DNA of 42,743 nucleotides, from NCBI GenBank assembly GCA_010015585.1, contig ML975163.1; one strand, 5' to 3'. The DNA is from Eremomyces bilateralis CBS 781.70. Lineage: Eukaryota. Each line of letters starts with the position of its first letter. Positions within the stretch are counted from its first letter, which is position 1. The notes below the pieces were generated by a model. That model was not told where the DNA came from, searched no databases, and was given only the letters and a program-made list of their open reading frames with translations. The translations under genes and the position numbers were made by a program. Shown piece by piece: positions 35,081 to 42,743 of this stretch.

Positions 35081-36796
35081 CTGTGTCAATCACGTGAAGA
35101 CCGCCCATTCCCAACTACTATGCCTTTCACCACCTCTACCACCAATTTAGTTTTAAGGCCAGAGATATTTTGGCGTTATATTTGAGATACAAGGAGCTAA
35201 GCGAAGAAATTATTGTTACCTCCGTTTTCTAGGCATTTAACGAGCGATGCCTAAAGCGATCGGTCTCCATATCAACTTTCTCCCTGGGGACAATGTGCCA
35301 TGCATGTTCCAATGCAACGATAGCCTTTTCGTAGGACAACTTTCCCCTTGATGTCCGTAAATCCTCAAATGGTAAGTGATCCACGTTATAATGCCAAACC
35401 CGTTCATCCTTGTTCAGATCAGGGGATCGCGGAGGCCACTTCACCACGTTGATTCCGAGCTCTTGACGCTCCTCAAAGGTAAACTTCCTTGTCTTTGTAT
35501 GGGGAGATGCGTTGTCCTCGATAATCCAAACCGTCCTACCTGTATCCCGATCCACGTCCTGTGCGAAAGGAAAGAGCTTTTCGTGCAGGACTGTCTATCT
35601 GTACCGTGCCCAATCTTTACCGCCCTTGGTCTTACCTGAACGTGTTGCGAGCTCCCGTTTGAACTCCCATTCGGGCCGGCGATTTCGCCTGCGTGTACCG
35701 TACCGTTTGGCACCGTCTTGCTACTTACCTCTGTATATCCTCGTTCATTTCTTGCATTTCTCGGAATTGATGAGTGCCAGGCTGCCGTGCAGCGGCTCTG
35801 TCCTGCTCCATTAAGCGCTCCTTTTCAACGTTCTCTTGGTCGATATTTTCCTTCAACTTTCGCGTCTCCTCTATGGTCTCCGGGGACCAGGTGTGACAGG
35901 GCCCTGTACCGTACAGATCGTATTCGTAGACAATTGCCCCCCAAAACATGATTGCAGGCTGTATCTCATCGGCTGGTGGGCGTGAGTAATCGAATGGGTT
36001 ATCTCCTACCTCCCGGGTAACGGCAGGAGGTTTATTATGTCGATCCGTATAGATAGACACCTCGTCTGTAAAGATAAAGAGATCTCCTCGATCTAGCTTA
36101 GGGAGTGCCCATTCTGCGAGCTGTATGTGGAACCGTCTGTGCCAGACAGAATTTGAGGTGAAATTTACGTAGTGGGCGACGTCGTCGGAGGTGATGATCG
36201 TCGTGGACGGTCCTCCATCCCGTTGTCTGAGACAGGCTCTCCGTATACCTGTGAAAAATCGTCGATTACATGTCGCCAGGGCGTGTCTTGGGCCTCTTCT
36301 GTACATTGCGCATGGATCCGAAGGGCATCGGAAGTCAGTGGGGAAATCGCATGGGGTCTTCCAGGACGAGCCCAAAATAGTCCCAAGGGCGATTCTGTAC
36401 GATCGCATCTAGGACATCGGATAAACTCGGAACGAAATTGACTGGCAAATCTCTCGATAAGGCGTATCTCACGGGCACGCCGAGAGATACGCGATAATGC
36501 CTTTTGCGCAGTATCCGGTCTAACCCGGATTAGGCTAGAGATCTGGGGAAGATTCTGCCCTAAACGGTACGCCGTCACCCGTCGGCCCGTCGCGATACTT
36601 GCGATTTGGGGACCTGTAAGTCTTGGTCTCTGTGGTGTACATAGTATGTCGTTGCGGAGGCATTGAATAGAGCGAAAATGAAAATAAAGTCAGACTTGGC
36701 TAGATTTCTTAGTATTTACTAGCTAAATTGGTCGTGATCTATCACTATGTAGTTTTAGTGAGGGTTGGCGAGGCCGTCTGCACCTGATTGACGGAG
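35081..36796 (-). mobile_element. Degenerate Tc1/mariner-type DNA transposon with frameshifted DDE transposase
   Basis: FIFTDE, IMFWGAI, IIEDNASPH and WPPRSPDLNKDERVW motifs spread across several frames; HTH-like N-terminus near 36600; GGNNNF end near 35200; imperfect inverted repeats 35085-35105 / 36772-36792 (18/21) and 35141-35150 / 36723-36732. Confidence 0.88.
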
Positions 36797-37431
36797 TTTT
36801 GAAATTTGCTAAGGCAACATTTGGTTGAGTAGATGAATCGTTCAATTGTAGAACTAATCCTTGACTTCCGTGAAAGGAGTAGGAAGGGGATTATGCCCTT
36901 TATCCTATGCAATATTACGCCTGCGTTCCATCAAGGCGAGCTTCCCCGCTTTAGGAACCACATGCTAGGTTGTAGCCTGTAGGTGACCTGCTGCTTACAT
37001 AGTACAGGGTGATCATCTAACTTGTGCAATCACCAGTCATTATTATCATCTCATTTGTGGGGTAATCTCACTTGCGGGGTACGTTAGCTGTGGCATTATG
37101 CAGTCCTCTAGGAAGAATTCCACTCCGGAGGCAATCTCCAGCATGCCATTTGCTACAATGGACAAGCTACACCTGTTCGCAACAGAGCTGAAGAGTTATG
37201 AATACGGGGCAACTCCCGTATAAAGTCGTTATCCTGCTCAACGATTTTGCACTTCATTTGTTTTGTCAAGCGCAATTGTTGACGGCATCTTCATTTCCAA
37301 CACGGTTTCTTATACACTCGAATTCTCTCCGAAGCAGGCAATTTTTATATTCGTCTCATTTTTCTTCACCAATTTGAAAATACCTCCTCTTAGGCCACCC
37401 TTGATCTCCCCCTAAAATTGGAGAATACCAA

Positions 37432-39334
37432 ATGGCAGGTAAAAATATATCCGCAGCTGATTTTGCTGCAAAGTCCTACGATTATGTGATTGTTGGTGGA
37501 GGTACTGCTGGGCTTGTTGTCGCCGCTCGGTTGTCCGAAAATCCAGCTATTTCTGTTGGCGTGATTGAGTCTGGCATTGATAGAAGCGACGACATTCTTA
37601 TTCGCGCTCCATTACTTCATACAGAGCTGTACGAGAAGCCAGAATACGATTGGCTCTACAAGACAGTCCCTCAGGTGAGTCTCTGAGCAGTGCTACTTCT
37701 TCCAACTAAAATTTATATAGGGCAAAAATGGAAAAGTGCATGCCTGGCCACGCGGAAAGGTCCTTGGTGGCTCAAGTACCATCAACTTTAGTATGCTAGC
37801 AAAACCATCCAAGGGATGCATTGACAACTGGGCTGCTCTTGGAAACCCTGGCTGGGACTGGGAAGGAATGTTACCGTACTATCGCAAGTTCATGACGCTT
37901 AATCCTCCTCCAGTAGATACCGCCAAACACTTGGACACCACTCGAATGCAGAAATGGATCGGCAACGGCAACGGGCCAATTCAGGCTTCATGGCCGCCTC
38001 TGGAGTACCTGAACACTCAACAGCAAATTGGCCCAGATCTCGGCACAGCCCTTGGCCTTCGAGATCCAAGTGCCGATATTGGTGCTTCCACTGGATATTA
38101 TGACCAAGCGCTTTCGGTTGACATGAAGAAAGGCCGGCGGAGCTCGGCTGTCTACGAGTACTATCATCCGAATGCTCAACGAAACAACCTTTCGTTGATC
38201 ATGGATGCTATGGCACAACGCATTGTGTTTAGTGTCAATGATGCAAATGGGGACAATGTCGCATCAGGTGTCGAATTTCTTGTCGACGGCAAGAAATACA
38301 GTGTCGGAGCAAAGAAGGAAGTCATTCTGTGCGCCGGTACCATCGGATCCCCCCAACTTCTTGAGCTTTCTGGGATCGGTGATAAATCGATTCTTGAGAA
38401 GTACGGCATCAATTGTCTTGTTGATAATCCAAATGTCGGTGAAAATCTTCAGGACCATCTTATGTCCGGTATTGCGTATGAAGTTGTTCCTGGGGTTGCA
38501 ACAATCGAGGATCTCAAGAAAACAGGCATTATGGAGATGTTGATTGGTGAGTATGTCAAAGCTCCCATTGGCCTACTCGTCAATCAGATGACTAGCTCCA
38601 TCTTTTCGTCCTACTCCGATGTTGTCGAAGACAAGTCTAAGCTCAAAGAGAAGGTTGAGGCAATTGTTCCTTCGTCACAGACATCAAACGACTCGGCGAA
38701 GGCTAAGGCAATGAAAATCCACAAGGACAGGCTTCTCGACCCAGAAGCCTGCTCGGTTTGGTTCATTACTCTTCCGGGTGGAACAGACCTCCGTAACGCC
38801 AGTCATGGGTCTGGCATTTTCGAGCACAAAGATCCTGGAAACTATCTGTCCATGGCAGTCGGTCTTAGCCATCCCATGTCGCGAGGGTGCACGCATATCC
38901 AGTCTGCAGACGCCAATGTCAAACCTTTGATGGATCCCCGCTATCTTTCCCATCCAGCCGACATTGCACTTCTTGCTGATGGTTTGCGATATCTCGATTC
39001 TAAGCTCATCCACGTCGAACCGCTTGCATCGAAAGTCAAGGACGGTCCAAATGGGACCAAGAAGAAGATGCCTTCGTACGAAACCTTCCATCCCGAGAAA
39101 GCGGAAGAGCATGTGCAAAACTATCTTTCGACTCAATGGCACATCATGAGTTCTTGCTCCATGTTGCCAAAGGAAGACGGTGGTGTGGTTGATCACAATC
39201 TAAAGGTTTACGGAACATCAAACCTGCGTGTCGTCGATGCTAGTATTATTCCCATGGAGGTACAGGCAAATATTCAGACTTCGGTGTATGCTGTAGCAGA
39301 AAAGGCAGCGGATCTGATCAAGGCGTCACAGTAG
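37432..39334 (+). CDS. GMC oxidoreductase (CAZy AA3-type), apparently non-secreted
   Basis: [65 protein letters not shown]; His/Asn pair (QWH...QAN); intron 37675-37720; no signal peptide. Confidence 0.95.
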
Positions 39335-40917
39335 AGGAGGCTTACAAATTATCTAGCTGGATAAGTGTTGGCTAGATCACTTCCAAAGTGTGATCAATTT
39401 CTAAAGACAAGCTGTTCGCTTCGTTACCTTGTGTTCTTATTATATCATACCGGTGCTTGCCCCTTATGGATAATATGGAGGATATTGTCATGAGCAAGGG
39501 GCCATCATGGTATTTGCACCACTACCATAATTCGGTTACACTAAAGAAAGTGAAAAGTGACCGTGGGTACCTGGTTAGACATCAACTGTTACCACCGACA
39601 CCTTATAGTATTCCATTGCGAGTCGCAGTGACAGTATTATCGGGTTCCGTTTTAGTGTTTCGAATTTCGATTTGTACAGTATGGATACTCGGTACACAGT
39701 CCTCTTAACAAGGGGGATAAATATCCTACTACGTAGTACTCGCGCCCCACGCCCATTACAAGTAATGGGCGCTATGGTATGGTATCCATGAGAACAACTT
39801 GCTGGGTATGTTCGCCGAGGTTGATCTCGTTTGCATCTATTCCGGTCGATCTATGCATCAAGAACCTCAGAAATCTGCGGTCTTTGATTTTATATCCTAG
39901 GCCAGATCAGATCCCGTTTGTGAGGGTTTGGCTCTAGACAACGGGAATATTTTGATCTGTACCAAACAGGTTCAGTAGCACTTAGTAACACTTCACTTAA
40001 TATCTCCAAAGGGAAACAAAAGTATTTAAATTAACAAGTTTTTTTAGTATTCTATTAATTGTAACTCCTTTAAACAATGCGACGGCAGATTGACCTCAGT
40101 TTTCGGCGGTTTGTGAAGCCGATTTTGGTGGTAATTCTGCTATCCACTGGCGCCAGTCAGAGCCTCCCTAACCCTCCCGATATGGACCATTGCAGATTGC
40201 CCACATTATAATTTTGAGACCACCCTGACCCGACTTAGACCATTTCGGCTCTCCGTTTCTCGGTTTTCCTGTTTCTAACCTATCTCGTCCTCTGCGTCCA
40301 AATTACCAGAGCCAGAAATAACCCTCCTGCGAGTTTCTGTGTCATGCCTCAAAATGGCCTAGCTTCCATTCTCTAGGTGTCTTTCGAATCGTCCTCCCTA
40401 TTCCCCTCTGTTCTTAACTTACCATCGCACCTGAGACTGCTGTTTTCGAGTTGCTCTTGAATCGGTAGAGTGCATGTATTCCCACCGAACTCCTAACGAA
40501 GCATTTCGAAACCTTGAGGTTCAGACCTCAGTTTTCGGATGTGTTTGACGTTTAGCATAGCGCGTGTCAACTTTTCTTAGCTTGGGGAAATAGCACCATT
40601 TAAGCACCAAAGCGGCCGAATAACTCAGACTCCATTCTCTCGACTGCCCTTAGGCCGTGATCTATAGGGTAACACTTCCTGTCAAAATATATTCACTAAT
40701 AATGGAGATTTCAGGAGGGATGTCCCTTTTAGTGCAGTGGTATTTTTCGACATCCCATTCCAGGTCTCTCCTATGCATAGTTTCTTGCGAAATCAACCAA
40801 TGAACAGCCTCATCCTGGAATGAGCTTTCACATCAGTTTCATCACCATTGCCGACTGAGACCTCGCGGCCTCAATACTAGCGTTAAGCCAACGTCCTCTC
40901 TACTTCCACTTCCCTAG

Positions 40918-41994
40918 TTAGACCGCTCTCCAAACTATACCTGCATATTCTTGTAGGAATTCTTCACTGAATACGACGTCTGCCTCCGGCGGGATAGGTT
41001 TTCGAAGGAAGAGATCCATAAATTCCAATTGCAAAGGACCACCAGTAATAACATATGAGGCCCCATCGAATCGATTCGGATCCGTATCATTGATGCCAGG
41101 GGTGCGAGAAATATCAATGGTCTGGACACAATGCGACTGAGGGGCAGCGGCGGCGGTAGCAGCTCGTGTTCGTGTTGTTACTCCAGCTGAGGGGGGGAGT
41201 TGGATGGCTTTCCATTTCTCGAGATGAATTATTTGAGATTGCTGGTCCAACTTGGCAAGAATGACAATCTTGATATCGCCGCCTGAGACATCGAACCACC
41301 ATTTTGCCTTTTGTCTCAACGATGACAAAGACTGTGAAAAACCGGCTTCGATGACCAACGTCGGAAAATTGCTAGGCAATGGACGGGTTGATAGAGGGAT
41401 ACGAGCTGAATCTCCCTCTCCGGCCGATTCTGTACCTCCAGTACTATTCCACTTCTGATATATTGTAGCACCGGCCCGTATTAGGTCGTGCGTTAAGCCC
41501 ATTCCCACAATTTCCCGGAATATTCCATCGTCGAGATGGCCATGAAGGCGTTCATGAGGTCCTGTTGGAATGGTGATGAAGAGGCATTTCGAATCAGCCG
41601 AGTAGAGTGTCAATCGAAATTTCTGTATCCTGCACTTCTCCCTTGCTAATTCAATTCCGGCAAAGTCCTGGGTAGAAACATTTTCAATTGTAAAGAATTC
41701 AGGAGTAGAATCACTGATAAGCAGTTTATTGAGGTCAGAAATCCCCTTGAACTGGAAAGTTGGAGGTGGCAAGGCTGATGCCCAAGTTTGCGATGCAGTT
41801 GTGGGCATAGGTGCGGACCCCAAGGCCGTCTTCGAAATTGAAGTCGACGTTGAATTAGAAGTCGACGTTGAAGTCGAAGTCGAAGTGGTTCTGGACATAG
41901 ATGTTGACCCTGAAGCTGCCGTCGAAGTCGAAGTCTGCCATGTAGTTCTGTATAGAGGTACTGATGTATCCTCATCAGCAAAAGTAGTTGCCAT
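40918..41994 (-). CDS. Intronless fungal PD-(D/E)xK restriction-endonuclease-fold (Uma2/DUF820-like) protein with Ser/Thr-rich N-terminus
   Basis: LFITIPTGPHE, GATIY, GEGDSARIP, FPTLVIEAGFSQSLSSLRQKAKWWF..SGGDIKIVIL, L.LEF.DLFLR.P motif series; intact 358-aa ORF. Confidence 0.7.
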   Translation of the reverse strand: MATTFADEDTSVPLYRTTWQTSTSTAASGSTSMSRTTSTSTSTSTSNSTSTSISKTALGSAPMPTTASQTWASALPPPTFQFKGISDLNKLLISDSTPEFFTIENVSTQDFAGIELAREKCRIQKFRLTLYSADSKCLFITIPTGPHERLHGHLDDGIFREIVGMGLTHDLIRAGATIYQKWNSTGGTESAGEGDSARIPLSTRPLPSNFPTLVIEAGFSQSLSSLRQKAKWWFDVSGGDIKIVILAKLDQQSQIIHLEKWKAIQLPPSAGVTTRTRAATAAAAPQSHCVQTIDISRTPGINDTDPNRFDGASYVITGGPLQLEFMDLFLRKPIPPEADVVFSEEFLQEYAGIVWRAV

Positions 41995-42108
41995 GATTTG
42001 AACGAGTCAGCGGAACTAGAATGGGTGTGGTCCGATAGGCTGAACTTAGGGATATGTAAAGTGCGAAAAGTAAGGACCTTACCGTAAACTAGCCCTAGAT
42101 TTCTGGAA

Positions 42109-42564
42109 GGCTGGTGAGATTTTCCCCCCCGTTTTTGAGATTTTCCCCCCTCAGAAGTACCAAAATCACCACATTTCAACTTCAACGCCAAACAGCTCAA
42201 CACCAACTTCGAAATAATATAATTTTTAAATGCTAAGAAAAATACTAAAGCCTGGGTAACTGAGCCTACTATTTTAGACCTCTAAATACCCCCTGCGTTG
42301 TGGTCTAATTTTGTGCTGAAGTTGGTGAGTTGTATGAAAAAATTGCCATAACTTTAATCCTAAATCACGTAACACCACAACTTATTAGGATTAAATTCCG
42401 GAGACTAGGAGCAAGAGGGAGTCCTAAAGAGCTCTATATAAGTTTTGAATTTAAAAATAATGTTGAAAGTGTGGCTATATTGCCTTGTAAATTTCCAAAG
42501 CGGCGGTTTTGGTACTTCTGAAGGGGGGAAAATCTCAAAACGGGGGGGGAAAATCTCACCAGCC
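42109..42564. mobile_element. 456-bp non-autonomous Mutator-like element (MITE)
   Basis: ~60-bp TIRs GGCTGGTGAGATTTTCCCCCCC..TTTTGAGATTTTCCCCCC.TCAGAAGTACCAAAA at 42109-42170 and 42502-42564; exact 9-bp TSD TTTCTGGAA at 42100-42108 and 42565-42573; AT-rich non-coding interior. Confidence 0.92.
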
Positions 42565-42743
42565 TTTCTGGAAAGGTTATTTTTTACCTTACATGACGGT
42601 ATGATACGCTAGCTTAATATGGTTAGTGTATTTTTTAGTATCAGCAGCACGCTAGCCGTATATAGTTAGTGGAGACGATTCTACCAAGGCCCCAAATTCC
42701 AAACCACCCTCATTTCTATCTACGATATCTTCACAAAACGACA

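Noticed and set aside
42330..42521. Coding ORF inside the MITE
   Set aside because: Short, AT-rich, no transposase motif.

Overview
Eukaryotic, intron-containing DNA from a filamentous ascomycete; the gene order suggests a Dothideomycete. The left half is a mating-type locus. It holds a three-exon MAT1-2-1 HMG-box gene flanked by two uncharacterised multi-exon genes, followed by the conserved block APN2-COX13-APC5-CIA30-RIM2-like carrier-SNX3. I found no alpha-box (MAT1-1-1) or SLA2 sequence. A decayed accessory island at about 19-23 kb contains a broken NACHT-WD40 NLR whose first exon encodes a candidate amyloid-signalling motif. Next come a small membrane protein and a Na+/solute-symporter gene whose 433-nt intron holds a TPP riboswitch with a long-range anti-aptamer. 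These are followed by VMA22, AXL2, an STF2-like gene, a degenerate Tc1/mariner element, a GMC oxidoreductase, an intronless PD-(D/E)xK/Uma2-like gene, and a Mutator-like MITE with a perfect 9-bp TSD. All gene models were spliced by eye and family calls come from motif recognition, not database searches.
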